A stretch of 64,000 nucleotides of DNA. Origin: a virus. The position numbers and the translations under genes were made by a program. The notes under the pieces are model-generated. The model saw only the letters and a program-made list of their open reading frames with translations. It did not search any database and had not been told where the DNA came from. Shown here piece by piece: positions 1-9,666 of this stretch (the first letter of the stretch is position 1; every line of letters starts with the position of its first letter). Location of the stretch: IMG/VR virus record IMGVR_UViG_3300031227_000032, positions 1 to 64,000 of that record. One strand, given 5' to 3'.

Positions 1-154
1 TTATTCAGTGCCTCTATGCGATATTTGAGCGCCATGCTTGCAGAGCCGTACTCAAATGCCAGAGTGCACAGTTCACGCACCAGCTTTTCAATCTCAGCGT
101 GAATCTCAGCGCTAGTCATTCCGCCTCCAGCAGCCCCGATATGCACGTCAGCCA

Positions 155-1747
155 TCACTTGCCCTCCAGTTCGGCGATATCATCCGCCACGCCGCGAAGT
201 TCTTGGCATAGAATGGCAAACGCAGTACATGACATATTTCGGCTGAGACGCTCGGGTGCAGAGTGTAGACGCTGTACAATGAGGTCAATCGTCGGCTGGT
301 GCAGGTTCACCTTTGCGATAGTGCAGATGTGACGCGCTAGGTCTTCGGCAATGTTGACATGCACAGCGCCGTGCGGACATGGCGTGCCGACATTCTCATC
401 ATTATCGTGTGAACGAAAAACGAGATTGTCACCGTCACGATCAACATGTAGCAATCCAAAACTAGCTTCGTTGTCAGGCTTGTCCTGGCAGTCAGGGCAT
501 GGCACGTCTTTCCAGTGCTCACCTACCATTCGATAGATCGTCTTATTGTCACCGCACGTCTTGCACTTAGGCTTGGCTGTAGAGCTTTCATCTACACGTG
601 TAGATGGTTTGTCTACACCCGTGCGCATGTAATCCTGAAAGCGCTTAGATGCTGGCTGGGCGATGGTGGTCAGGTCAGCGGGTGTGGATGGTTCGGGTGC
701 ATCTGTCGCCATAGCCTCATTCGCACGTAAGCATGCGTCAACCTTGCCCTCGCCGTCACAACGCGGGCAGTAGCCATCCTGCAAATGTCCACGTTCAACG
801 GGGCACTGATCAGTATGCACAATCTGAGTAGTTCCGTTAGGCATTTTCATTCCGATCGTGACAGTGCGCAGTCCGTCAGCGTAATCAATGCCGTAAGTCC
901 ACTGTACACCAGCAACGTCCAGCAGGTGATAGCCAATCTCGGCAGTGCGTTCGCGCGTCAGGTGTACACCGTCACGATCACGGCCCTTCACTTTCCAAAA
1001 CAGGTACACGACTGATTGCACATTTTCACAATCGCTGTAAGCACTGGGCTCAACGCCGACTTGCTTCCAGTCATGCAATCCACACGGCCATCTCTTAGGC
1101 TCCGGCTCGGGTGCATCTGTAATCGTCACCTTGCGCTTGCCGTCAGTAACTACAGCTTCACCGTCGGGTATGTGTGAATTTGCGGTGAGGTTGACGCCGT
1201 ATAGTAACGGATTAGTCAGCAGTTCATGCAATTCAATACATCCGTCTATGACGGCATCTACCTCTTCCGCTTTCATATGATCTACACTGCAGATATTACG
1301 TTCGGCCTGTAGCTCAGCTACTCGCTTGCGCAGTACATGCACCTGCACCTTTGGCCTGCTGGCAATGGCGTGAATCTCAGCGGCAATCTGCGTGGCCAAC
1401 TCGGGATTGCTCGTGGACATGCTTTTGTACTTTTTCCACAAGCACTTAATACCGATACGGTTGCAATAATACGTGCTATTCGCAGCTTTGATCTTCAGCT
1501 CGCATCCGCCGTCAATCGCAGTGCGGATCGCTTCAATGTCACGATGCACGAAGTCACGCTCTGCTGTCGTGATGGCTGGTGCGGGCGTGGGCTCGACAGA
1601 TGCATACTCCAAGCTGTCCAACTCGGCCTGTAGTGGTTCTGCAATCTTGGCAGATATACACACTACGCTGTACCCGCCGTGCGCGATAGCATATTCATGC
1701 AAGGCATCAATCATCGTCCGTAGTTCATCTGCACGTGTGTTTGTCAT
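155..1747 (-). CDS. Hypothetical mosaic phage protein with CxxC zinc-ribbon motifs
   Basis: 530-aa ORF; CPRC, CKTC...CPDC motifs and Pro/Thr-rich linkers; ATGA overlap with the upstream gene. Confidence 0.6.
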   Translation of the reverse strand: MTNTRADELRTMIDALHEYAIAHGGYSVVCISAKIAEPLQAELDSLEYASVEPTPAPAITTAERDFVHRDIEAIRTAIDGGCELKIKAANSTYYCNRIGIKCLWKKYKSMSTSNPELATQIAAEIHAIASRPKVQVHVLRKRVAELQAERNICSVDHMKAEEVDAVIDGCIELHELLTNPLLYGVNLTANSHIPDGEAVVTDGKRKVTITDAPEPEPKRWPCGLHDWKQVGVEPSAYSDCENVQSVVYLFWKVKGRDRDGVHLTRERTAEIGYHLLDVAGVQWTYGIDYADGLRTVTIGMKMPNGTTQIVHTDQCPVERGHLQDGYCPRCDGEGKVDACLRANEAMATDAPEPSTPADLTTIAQPASKRFQDYMRTGVDKPSTRVDESSTAKPKCKTCGDNKTIYRMVGEHWKDVPCPDCQDKPDNEASFGLLHVDRDGDNLVFRSHDNDENVGTPCPHGAVHVNIAEDLARHICTIAKVNLHQPTIDLIVQRLHSAPERLSRNMSCTAFAILCQELRGVADDIAELEGK

Positions 1748-2295
1748 GCTGATTCCTCGCTTGTGTTCGCCTCAAAGCACGCGATGGCTTCTGGCAGATC
1801 ATCCCACGGAATCGGATCATCGGAACCGCCAGTGTCGTCAACCGTAAATAGCTGCCACTGATTTTGGTTTGGCTGGGCGGCGTAATACTGACCACCATGC
1901 TTTAGCGCATATAGCCATCGATTCTCGCAACCCTCAATCTTGCCCTTGCCAATCCATACCCAATCAGCAGGCTCATCACCTAACCCATCAGCCCATGCCC
2001 TAACCTCAGTGTCAATCCGCTTGCACTCAGCGTCATAGTCCTGGTCAGGCAGGATGATGTACTGTCCATCATGTTCATCCCACGGGCAGTAGAACTTATA
2101 TCCCAGCCCCTCCATAATGTCCGTGAAGATTGCCCATGCGCCGCTCGTAACGTCTGAACCACACTCGGATTCAAAGTCCAAACTAAGCTGATCGGTGTTA
2201 TCAGATAAGCTATGTTCACCGTCCAGATAAAAGCCCACCAGCAGATATGCCAGCGCATTGTCAATGTCGTTTACTAAGATTCCGTACATAGTCAC
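1744..2295 (-). CDS. Hypothetical acidic protein
   Basis: 183-aa ORF, coupled to neighbours by 4-nt overlaps. Confidence 0.6.
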   Translation of the reverse strand: MTMYGILVNDIDNALAYLLVGFYLDGEHSLSDNTDQLSLDFESECGSDVTSGAWAIFTDIMEGLGYKFYCPWDEHDGQYIILPDQDYDAECKRIDTEVRAWADGLGDEPADWVWIGKGKIEGCENRWLYALKHGGQYYAAQPNQNQWQLFTVDDTGGSDDPIPWDDLPEAIACFEANTSEESA

Positions 2296-2516
2296 TCCTT
2301 ATCCGGTGCGTATTCCACACTAACGGGCCTAAACTCGCGGATCATTCGTCCGTCCGTCAGATGCACGTCATAGAACCACCTATCACCATCACCACGGGCA
2401 GCGTGCTCAGTGATACTAACTACATGATCGACTCCAGCAAAGTAGAACGCTTCCTCATCTGCATCCATCACAACTAGCTTTTCAATCTTCACATCACTCA
2501 CCTGCCTTGATAACAT
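2292..2516 (-). CDS. Hypothetical protein
   Basis: 74-aa ORF in operon packing. Confidence 0.5.
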   Translation of the reverse strand: MLSRQVSDVKIEKLVVMDADEEAFYFAGVDHVVSITEHAARGDGDRWFYDVHLTDGRMIREFRPVSVEYAPDKE

Positions 2517-3186
2517 TACTCAGCATCAGCGCAACATGCTCACGGTGCATTTGATCGAGCGATTCATCATCACTACAACTCACCGTAATCGTCGCGTCAT
2601 TTCGCACTTCGACAGCCACGCGAACATCGTAGTGATAGTAGCTGAATTTCATCGACTTCACCGTTTGACCTGTCAGCATATCATCGTGTAGGCGGTTATC
2701 AATCGACTTCGCGTTAAACTGCCCAATGAGGTTATCGCTGTAATGCTTCTGGATAACGCATCCTGCAAACTGCGCGGTATTCTGAGCTTCCAGCAACGCA
2801 TCAGACCACGCCTTGAGGTCGATACACAGTGGTTCGATCATCAGCTCACAGCCAGCAGCCTTACACACGTCAGCCAGCACTGCGAAGTCACGCGCGCCGC
2901 CGTATGTCTGCGCAATGTTGGTATCCATGTTCAGCGTGAAAAATAGACTGCTATACTTGAATTGCATCTCGCGGATCAGCACGCCCTTATCCTCATCGAA
3001 CATCGGCACTTCACGTTCTTTGCGCGTGATAATCTCAACGCTCAGCGTATTGTTATCAACGTCAGCACCAGTAACATGTACCTCAGAGTTCATTCCGAAG
3101 CTGATACCGCGCAGGCGTTCAGCGATGTTGTGAATGCTCACAGGATCAATGCCGGTGAATGTCGCGTGTGTAGTTTTAAGTTGCAT
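2494..3186 (-). CDS. Hypothetical protein
   Basis: ORF; likely start MQLKTT at 3186 with GGAGG upstream. Confidence 0.6.
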   Translation of the reverse strand: MQLKTTHATFTGIDPVSIHNIAERLRGISFGMNSEVHVTGADVDNNTLSVEIITRKEREVPMFDEDKGVLIREMQFKYSSLFFTLNMDTNIAQTYGGARDFAVLADVCKAAGCELMIEPLCIDLKAWSDALLEAQNTAQFAGCVIQKHYSDNLIGQFNAKSIDNRLHDDMLTGQTVKSMKFSYYHYDVRVAVEVRNDATITVSCSDDESLDQMHREHVALMLSNVIKAGE

Positions 3187-3188
3187 GG

Positions 3189-3437
3189 TTATTCGGCCTC
3201 CTGACCGCAAATTTCTGCCTCAATTTTGGCAACTTCGGCGTCATGCTCGCGGACTGACAGAAATGCACACAGACCGATACCCCACGCCAACGCAACTTCT
3301 TGCACGTCCATGCTGTTGTCTGTAGCTTCATTTGACATATCCTCAAACAGATCATCCCATGCCGCATCATCCAGTGTATTGCCTGGAATATCAGACTCGC
3401 TACAACCTGATGGTAAATTAAATCCTGTCATATTCAA
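3189..3437 (-). CDS. Hypothetical phage protein
   Basis: 82-aa ORF (NLPSGCSESDIPGN) downstream of a promoter and AAGGAG RBS. Confidence 0.6.
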   Translation of the reverse strand: MNMTGFNLPSGCSESDIPGNTLDDAAWDDLFEDMSNEATDNSMDVQEVALAWGIGLCAFLSVREHDAEVAKIEAEICGQEAE

Positions 3438-3451
3438 ATCTCCTTTGCTAC

Positions 3452-3479
3452 ATTATACCGCGTATTTCGGGAATGTCAA
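3452..3479 (-). promoter_or_regulatory. Sigma70-type promoter
   Basis: TTGACA-16nt-TATAAT on minus strand. Confidence 0.7.
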
Positions 3480-3480
3480 G

Positions 3481-4956
3481 CTATTCGGCATATTTTCTGG
3501 CTGCTGGCGCGAACATGCCCAGCGCGGGTATCCAGGCCATCGTCACGGTGTCCGTCGGGCCGTTGCGGTTTTTGCTGACAATCACCTCTAAGCTGTCAAT
3601 CTGCATATGTCCGCATTGATCACACCTGCCCGCCACATAGAAACCGTGGCACTGTGAGCACTGCTGCGCAACCTGTTTATCATAGTAGCTCTTACGGTGT
3701 AGGAACATCACTACGCTTGCGTCATGCTCGATAGCGCCGCTCTCACGCAGGTCTGACAGTTCAGGTCGTCTATCACGCTGCCCCGATTCTGCGCGCTTTA
3801 GCTGGCTGAGCACGACTACCGGTATCTTTAGGTCACGCGCAAGCTCTTTCAGCCCACGGCTCATACTGCTAACTTGCTGCTCACGGTTCGGAATGTTTGG
3901 CGGCGAGATAAGCTGCAGGTAGTCAACAATCACTAGCCCGATATGATGCTTGATATGATGCTGACGTGCGATGGATTTCAGCGATCCGATGTTCACCGTT
4001 ACATCACTCAGATACAGCGGTAACTTTCGGGTATCCTGCGCTGCAATCTTCAACGCCTCCCAACCGTCGCCGTCAGGGATATTGCCGGTCTGCATTTGTG
4101 TGTTTGATATGCCGTCCGCTTTTTGCGTTTGCCGATTGGTATGATGTGAACCCAGACTCAGCAGACGTTCTGTCAACTGATCAGCACCCATCTCTAGGCT
4201 GAATGCCAGCACGGGAACGCCTAGCGCGGCGACGTTACGCGCAATGTTGAAAGCGAACGCCGTCTTGCCCATCGAAGTGCGAGCGGCAATGATAGTAACT
4301 TCCGTCGGCTTAAATCCAGTGCAAATCTGATCTAAGTCTTTGTATCCAGCAGGCAATCCCGCGCTGATCGGCACTGGCTTACCGGTAGATATACACTCTT
4401 GGCAAGTGTCCCGACGCTCATTCAACCCAGCGAAATACTCATCAACCGCTTGCTTGATATGCACCGTACCGGACGGACACATTGACCGTGATAGGTTGAT
4501 AACCGTCTGCTCAGCTTGTTCCATGATCTGCAGATCGGACATTTCCTGCCGATAGCACTCTTCGATGATCTGAGTACATCCGCGAATCAGCGCGCGCAAG
4601 TGTGCTTTTGATGCTAGCTTTTTAGAATGATACTCAACGCTGGCTGCGCTCGGGACGCTATTTAACATTGCCAGTACGACTGCCGCGCCGCCGACCTGCT
4701 CCAGCAAACCACGGGAGCGCAACTCATCTAGCACCATATCGCTGTCAGGCGGTGTGCCGCGCTCGTGTAGTTCGCCCATCATTTCAAAGATAACGCCGTG
4801 TCCGTCCAGATAGAATGATTCTTTGCTGAGAATATCAGACGCAACCTGATATGCGTTCTTTGGCTCTAACATTATGCCGCCCAGCACACACATTTCAAGC
4901 TCGATGTTTTGCGGTGGGGTACGCTCTACGCTAAATTTGGGATCACGTGGCATCAT
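3481..4956 (-). CDS. dnaB: Replicative DNA helicase DnaB
   Basis: N-terminal PPQNIELEMCVLG, Walker A AARTSMGKT, FSLEM, IVDYLQL, LSQL, DLRESGAIEHDA, KNRNGP. Confidence 0.95.
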   Translation of the reverse strand: MMPRDPKFSVERTPPQNIELEMCVLGGIMLEPKNAYQVASDILSKESFYLDGHGVIFEMMGELHERGTPPDSDMVLDELRSRGLLEQVGGAAVVLAMLNSVPSAASVEYHSKKLASKAHLRALIRGCTQIIEECYRQEMSDLQIMEQAEQTVINLSRSMCPSGTVHIKQAVDEYFAGLNERRDTCQECISTGKPVPISAGLPAGYKDLDQICTGFKPTEVTIIAARTSMGKTAFAFNIARNVAALGVPVLAFSLEMGADQLTERLLSLGSHHTNRQTQKADGISNTQMQTGNIPDGDGWEALKIAAQDTRKLPLYLSDVTVNIGSLKSIARQHHIKHHIGLVIVDYLQLISPPNIPNREQQVSSMSRGLKELARDLKIPVVVLSQLKRAESGQRDRRPELSDLRESGAIEHDASVVMFLHRKSYYDKQVAQQCSQCHGFYVAGRCDQCGHMQIDSLEVIVSKNRNGPTDTVTMAWIPALGMFAPAARKYAE

Positions 4957-5203
4957 TATCCACCCCCAGTTCTCTGGCGATCAAATTGATTTTCCCTGCA
5001 GTAATTTTGTAAAGAAAACTCCCCTCAGTGGCAAGTGAAAGATCATCAGTGTAAGCTGCCATCAACGCTTCAATCACGGCCAATGTGCGTGGGAGCGGTA
5101 GTGATGGCGCAACATTCGGGATCATGGCGCGCACTTTATCTGTCTCTGAGCGACGAAACACCAACCACCGCTGTATCGCTTTCATTTGCTGTTGCGTGGT
5201 CAT
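4943..5203 (-). CDS. Hypothetical protein
   Basis: 86-aa ORF between initiator and helicase, GGGAG RBS. Confidence 0.5.
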   Translation of the reverse strand: MTTQQQMKAIQRWLVFRRSETDKVRAMIPNVAPSLPLPRTLAVIEALMAAYTDDLSLATEGSFLYKITAGKINLIARELGVDNDAT

Positions 5204-5269
5204 CGGATCAACTCCCGTGGCTTGACTGTTGGTAGGTGCGGTGTCCGATCTATGCTGAATTCTGGATCT

Positions 5270-6100
5270 CTAGTCATCGAATATCACCGTCCCGTCTGAT
5301 GCAAGTTCGTATCCTGGTCTGCGCTCAATGCGCGGTTCGTCGTCAGGCTTGCGCTGATTGCCGTGGTTTCTAGCAGCGGTCAGAACGTAATTGTGATTAT
5401 CAGCCGGACACTTGCACGCCTGCTGGAATCCGTAGCAAATAGCATCTTCGGATAGCTGGCTAGCGAGAATTGGTTTCAAGTGTCCAAGCAGAACCGATGC
5501 CGCTACCCGTCCGCTCTTGCGTTTCTCTGCGCACATCGCCTTAAATGCTTTCCAGTTATCCAGCAGTTTCGGGCTGAGTCCTGATTCCAATTCTCGAAGT
5601 TGAACATCCACCGGCGGTTCGTCAGAATCGCTATTGATCTGTTCTGTTTTGATTTGTTTTGATATGATCTGTTCTGTTCTGTTAAGACCACCCCCATTAT
5701 ACCCCGTTACCACCCCGTCTGAATCATACATCGCGTGAACGTCATTTACCAAGTCCGGAGCCTTATTACTATACTGAATGCGAATTTTATCAAGCGCGTT
5801 TTTCAGATTATTCCCCTTTATACCGAGTCGCTGATGATATATTCCGCGTATTGCCCAGACAATTTCACCCTGTATTTTCACCTTGCCATCCGCTACAAAG
5901 TCAGCTAGTATTTCATCTATGCGCACCATTGGCAGCTTCATTCTGATAGGCCACATGACAGGGTTACGCTCAGCGAAACTGTGACCGTTAGCAAAGTCAG
6001 GGCCATAAATCAGATAGTGCCATACCTGATGATGTTCAAGGTCAAGACTCAATACCCACGGATCATCCCAACCTGCTGTACTTGCAGTAACAAATTCCAC
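5270..6100 (-). CDS. Putative phage replication initiator
   Basis: Upstream of DnaB; N-terminal WDDPWVLSL...YLI wHTH-like region, repetitive central linker, helical C-terminal domain. Confidence 0.6.
   Translation of the reverse strand: MEFVTASTAGWDDPWVLSLDLEHHQVWHYLIYGPDFANGHSFAERNPVMWPIRMKLPMVRIDEILADFVADGKVKIQGEIVWAIRGIYHQRLGIKGNNLKNALDKIRIQYSNKAPDLVNDVHAMYDSDGVVTGYNGGGLNRTEQIISKQIKTEQINSDSDEPPVDVQLRELESGLSPKLLDNWKAFKAMCAEKRKSGRVAASVLLGHLKPILASQLSEDAICYGFQQACKCPADNHNYVLTAARNHGNQRKPDDEPRIERRPGYELASDGTVIFDD
5635..5720. repeat. Iteron-like short repeats inside the initiator (candidate origin)
   Basis: TGATCTGTTCTGTT at 5635 and 5665, TGTTTTGAT repeats, ACCCC runs; lambdoid origins lie inside the initiator gene. 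Confidence 0.4.
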
Positions 6101-6558
6101 TATTCACGCCCCTCCGCGATATGCTCTGCTAGCATGTGTGCATTTTGTAGCGCGGTGATTAAACCTGGCACGTCCTGAATGTGATCTAGGCTAGGGTAAT
6201 GTGACCCAGTGCCAGTGTACACTTCAGGCACGCCATCCTCTATGCGTACCTCTACACCAAAGTCGCCGCCGTCCTCATCCCACACGTAATATGTATTTGC
6301 ATCATGGCGACGCAGATTCGGCACTGTGATTGCTTTCCACACATCATCAGCATCACTCCACCCGTTAGGCGGATAGATGGGGCTGTGTGCATCTGGATTG
6401 AAGTTTTGATATGGGTCGTGGTCTACCCAGTTAATCGCAACGTGCGGTGCTGGTATTAGGGCTGGATAAAACAGCTCGCCATACCGCCGCCCGTCCGTCA
6501 CAATCCACCCTGGCGACGGGGTAATACGCTTGCCGAGTAGTTCATCATTCCATTTCAT
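6100..6558 (-). CDS. Hypothetical protein (paralog of 14774..15361)
   Basis: Shared PIYPP and C-terminal LITALQNA motifs. Confidence 0.6.
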   Translation of the reverse strand: MKWNDELLGKRITPSPGWIVTDGRRYGELFYPALIPAPHVAINWVDHDPYQNFNPDAHSPIYPPNGWSDADDVWKAITVPNLRRHDANTYYVWDEDGGDFGVEVRIEDGVPEVYTGTGSHYPSLDHIQDVPGLITALQNAHMLAEHIAEGRE

Positions 6559-6763
6559 TGTGTATCTCCTCTGACGATCTGTAATCCAATCGCAGCCTAA
6601 TCTTTACTTCGCCTGCAGGGTTAAGCTCCGTCATGCGGTCAATGATTTCCTGCACTGTGACGTTGGTACGAAACAACATCTCGACACTATGCTCCCATAA
6701 TTTGTCATCAGTCCGCGCCGCGATTGCTTTCACTACGCCCGTATAGTAACGCTTATCCATCAT
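6545..6763 (-). CDS. Hypothetical protein
   Basis: ORF in operon packing. Confidence 0.5.
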   Translation of the reverse strand: MMDKRYYTGVVKAIAARTDDKLWEHSVEMLFRTNVTVQEIIDRMTELNPAGEVKIRLRLDYRSSEEIHNEME

Positions 6764-6858
6764 TCCCTCCATCGCTCATACAATATATACCCAAAGACGC
6801 ACGCCGTCAGCACGATCAGCCAGAATAGCAGCCATCCATAATCAGCGTCCACGCTCAT
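6760..6858 (-). CDS. Small single-TM membrane protein (32 aa)
   Basis: MSVDADYGWLLFWLIVLTACVFGYILYERWRE; GAGGTG RBS; below the ORF-track cutoff. Confidence 0.5.
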   Translation of the reverse strand: MSVDADYGWLLFWLIVLTACVFGYILYERWRE

Positions 6859-6902
6859 GGTATCACCTCACGTTACATCATATCATAGATTCGCGGAAAA
6901 TG

Positions 6903-7271
6903 CTAGTCGCCCTGCGCCGATAGGGTGATGTATAGCTCTGCTAGTGCATCTGCTAACTCAGGTTTGCGCATTAAACTCCAGCCTGGGTCTGGGTGATCAT
7001 TATCAACCTGGTACACGACAGCGCCATCATCATTTTGACTCATGTAGATAGTGCTGTCCCAGCCAAACCGCTCACGGATCGCCGCTATCAGTTCGTCTGA
7101 GTTGTATATCTTGTATTCTGTCGCGTGCGCCCAATACGCATCACCATCGCCACCAAAATCTTCATAGCTACGAAATATCTTACCGTCTTCACGATACAGC
7201 AAGTCGCCATACTGTAGCCATTGTTCAATACCAGATGAACGTAAGCGCTCGCATGCGTCCAGTGATAGCAT
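6903..7271 (-). CDS. Hypothetical protein (paralog of 11631..11963)
   Basis: MLSLxxC..L, NSDELI and LAEL motifs shared. Confidence 0.6.
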   Translation of the reverse strand: MLSLDACERLRSSGIEQWLQYGDLLYREDGKIFRSYEDFGGDGDAYWAHATEYKIYNSDELIAAIRERFGWDSTIYMSQNDDGAVVYQVDNDHPDPGWSLMRKPELADALAELYITLSAQGD

Positions 7272-7777
7272 TAGGTGGCCTCCAATGTGTATTTGTACTG
7301 CTGATTGTCTGGGTGCTTATAGTTGAATAGACATGCACTAAAAGCTGCACGTGCATGTGTGGAATTGAGCAGTGTGTTGCGCCCTGTTTTGTGGCCCATC
7401 TGCTTGAGACAATCGTTCAGCCACTTATCCTGATTGCCCTTGGTGAATGGTTTACGGCCTAGCTGTTGCAGGATCACACGTCTAGGCGGGATATACACGG
7501 CAATGTGCATCTGTGTGAGTCTATCGGCAATGATGGCAGCAGTGCGGATACATGCGTCAATGTCAGGCCCGCCCATTTTCGGGATAGTGTAGGGCCACTC
7601 GATGATAGCTATATCAGGCGTGAATGTATAGTGATATTCAATGCCGATGAGCGTAACGTACTCGCCGTGATTATCGAAATCAATGTTGCCCGTATTGTCC
7701 ATATCACCATTGCACAGATGCACACCATAGCTATCCGCTATCGTCTTGCCAGGGTCAACGCCGAGTATGTTACTCAC
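7271..7777 (-). CDS. RuvC-like Holliday junction resolvase
   Basis: N-terminal ILGVDPG, AIIE acidic motif, RNase H fold pattern. Confidence 0.65.
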   Translation of the reverse strand: MSNILGVDPGKTIADSYGVHLCNGDMDNTGNIDFDNHGEYVTLIGIEYHYTFTPDIAIIEWPYTIPKMGGPDIDACIRTAAIIADRLTQMHIAVYIPPRRVILQQLGRKPFTKGNQDKWLNDCLKQMGHKTGRNTLLNSTHARAAFSACLFNYKHPDNQQYKYTLEAT

Positions 7778-7988
7778 GTGTATATTCCTCCAGTGCTTTC
7801 AAGCCATCAGGTGTAATTACATCGCACGCAAGTTCACCGAACGTAATGTATTCAGCGTCCAGGGCGTCCATATCACCGCCTGACGCAACGAAAGCGTCTA
7901 CAGCGTCCGCATATGCACGTGTAGCTTTTTCCTGTGCAATCACCGCCTGCAGTACGGCAGCTTCGACGTCTGATATGCACTTACTCAT
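7770..7988 (-). CDS. Hypothetical protein
   Basis: Likely start MSKCISD with GGAG RBS. Confidence 0.5.
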   Translation of the reverse strand: MSKCISDVEAAVLQAVIAQEKATRAYADAVDAFVASGGDMDALDAEYITFGELACDVITPDGLKALEEYTRE

Positions 7989-8322
7989 CACTGTCTCCCT
8001 TGCGGGTAGGTTGTGTGTCTGTAACATCAAGTTCCTTGCGCACACGGGCTACCATATCTGCATGACCGGACTCGGCCTCACCGCGTGTCGAGTACCTGTC
8101 CATGTCTTGATCCATCTCGCCGCCCATCACTAGCGTTTCATAAATCAGCGGTGGGCCGTCGCCGAACTGATGATCAAGACCGAGAAACACAGTGCTGATA
8201 CACACCTCTCCAATGCTGTCCATAGCAACGCGGCGATCTTCTTTTTCAAACGCTCGCGCCCATTCCAGTACATCATCAACTTGCACCGGCTTGCCGTCCA
8301 CTTCAATATAATGGTCACTCAT
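7981..8322 (-). CDS. Conserved phage hypothetical protein
   Basis: ISTVFLGLDHQFG...YETLV...RYST motif typical of a widespread phage family; start MSDHY. Confidence 0.6.
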   Translation of the reverse strand: MSDHYIEVDGKPVQVDDVLEWARAFEKEDRRVAMDSIGEVCISTVFLGLDHQFGDGPPLIYETLVMGGEMDQDMDRYSTRGEAESGHADMVARVRKELDVTDTQPTRKGDSDE

Positions 8323-8326
8323 ATCC

Positions 8327-8509
8327 TCACATCTCCTTTGCAATTACAGATGCACAATCGCTACAATATTTCACGCCATCTATCCACACACCGCGATACT
8401 CACTGACTGGCATAAGGCACTTCGCACAGCAGCTATGATCGTCATCAGCGAAATGCTCATCGGCTGCAGCATGGTTGCGGGCGTCGGCGATGGCGTCTAG
8501 GTTAGGCAT
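8327..8509 (-). CDS. Small zinc-finger protein
   Basis: CAKC...CSDC; likely start MPNLD. Confidence 0.45.
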   Translation of the reverse strand: MPNLDAIADARNHAAADEHFADDDHSCCAKCLMPVSEYRGVWIDGVKYCSDCASVIAKEM

Positions 8510-8906
8510 TGTGTGTGTCCTTGCAGCCGCCACACCCGCTTGCAGTGATCGCATCCTTCATGTCAATCGCACCGCACTGCGAGCAAACGCCCATGGCGCC
8601 GTCCAACAGTTCGACGTCAAGGTCGTGGCGGATATGCACACCACCCAGCACCTCCCGCGCCTTGGCGAGCAGCGGGCGAACCTTACCCCATGCGGAATCT
8701 GAGTGCGCCGTGTGTTGGTTCAGCGCCTCCATCAGCTCCGCCACGGTTGCGCGCAGGGTGTCATGGGCGTTGACGCATTCCACGATACGGGCGGCGTTGG
8801 CTTCGGTAGTATTAGCAATCGCCATGCCGTTGTCGTCATATATTCTGGCGGCCCCGGTGACTGTTTGCCACGGCTCCGGTGTGTGTTTCGTTTCATCGCT
8901 CATCAT
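8502..8906 (-). CDS. Hypothetical protein (KHTPEPW / ANAARIV family) with C-terminal CxxC
   Basis: N-terminal KHTPEPW and ANAARIVECVN motifs common in phage early proteins. Confidence 0.6.
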   Translation of the reverse strand: MMSDETKHTPEPWQTVTGAARIYDDNGMAIANTTEANAARIVECVNAHDTLRATVAELMEALNQHTAHSDSAWGKVRPLLAKAREVLGGVHIRHDLDVELLDGAMGVCSQCGAIDMKDAITASGCGGCKDTHNA

Positions 8907-8928
8907 GTCACCTCCAATGTCTAGTTAG

Positions 8929-8957
8929 ATCATAACACCGTTTGCGTCGTTTGTCAA
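8929..8957 (-). promoter_or_regulatory. Sigma70-type promoter
   Basis: TTGACA-17nt-TATGAT with extended TG, then GGAGG RBS. Confidence 0.7.
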
Positions 8958-8969
8958 GGTGATTCTGAA

Positions 8970-9007
8970 AATAAGGCGGGCTGGCTGCGGGGTAACACAA
9001 CCAGCCC
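8970..9007 (-). terminator. Rho-independent terminator
   Basis: GGGCTGGTTG...CAGCCAGCCC stem followed by TTATTTT on minus strand. Confidence 0.55.
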
Positions 9008-9081
9008 TATACTTCAGAAAGGCTTGAAATTGGGTTCCTTTGCCTTAAAATCTAACCCCACACAAACGGGGATTATGGCCG

Positions 9082-9657
9082 TTATGATTCGCCCGCAGGC
9101 TGCTTATCCTTCAACTTGAACGTCACCGTAGGCTGGTCAGTGACGGTTACGCCCAGTGCCTCCAGCGCAGGACGCCCCTTGCGTGCCATGTAATCACGCG
9201 CTCGCGGAGTGTCCAGGCTGGCGACAGTTGAGGTCATGGCGACGTTTTCCTTTACTGCCGCCGTTGCATCAGCGCCCAGCTTGAGCGCAGGTTCACGATT
9301 CGGATTATGCGTGTACTGTCCGATATGCTCCGAGTGCTCGCCCTTCCAGAAGCGATGCGACTTGCCAATGTCCACCGGCACTTCGCCTGCGATGAGCGGC
9401 GCGTACACATTCAGCATTTTAAGTATACGCGATTTGTAGCCTTTCGCCTGCGCAGCGTGGTACTTAGCTGCAGCCTCGTGGTCTTGCTGTTGCGCGGCAA
9501 TGGCAGCGATCAGCTTGTCAAGCTCATCTGCGGAGTCAGGTTGCCAGAACGGTACTTCGGGGTTATCCGGCACGGTGTCAACGCCTTCGATCACGCCGTC
9601 TACAAGCTGTCCGCGTGTGGCGAGGTTGATTGTGATTACACGTCGTTGAATGTCCAT
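9082..9657 (-). CDS. Gam-like / gp157-like coiled-coil protein
   Basis: Coiled-coil core; position next to SSB; C-terminal LGVTV..TVTFKL. Confidence 0.4.
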   Translation of the reverse strand: MDIQRRVITINLATRGQLVDGVIEGVDTVPDNPEVPFWQPDSADELDKLIAAIAAQQQDHEAAAKYHAAQAKGYKSRILKMLNVYAPLIAGEVPVDIGKSHRFWKGEHSEHIGQYTHNPNREPALKLGADATAAVKENVAMTSTVASLDTPRARDYMARKGRPALEALGVTVTDQPTVTFKLKDKQPAGES

Positions 9658-9666
9658 GTTATGCTC

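Noticed and set aside
8960-9080. Possible ncRNA or tRNA in the intergenic gap
   Set aside because: Only a terminator-like hairpin and a short stem are visible
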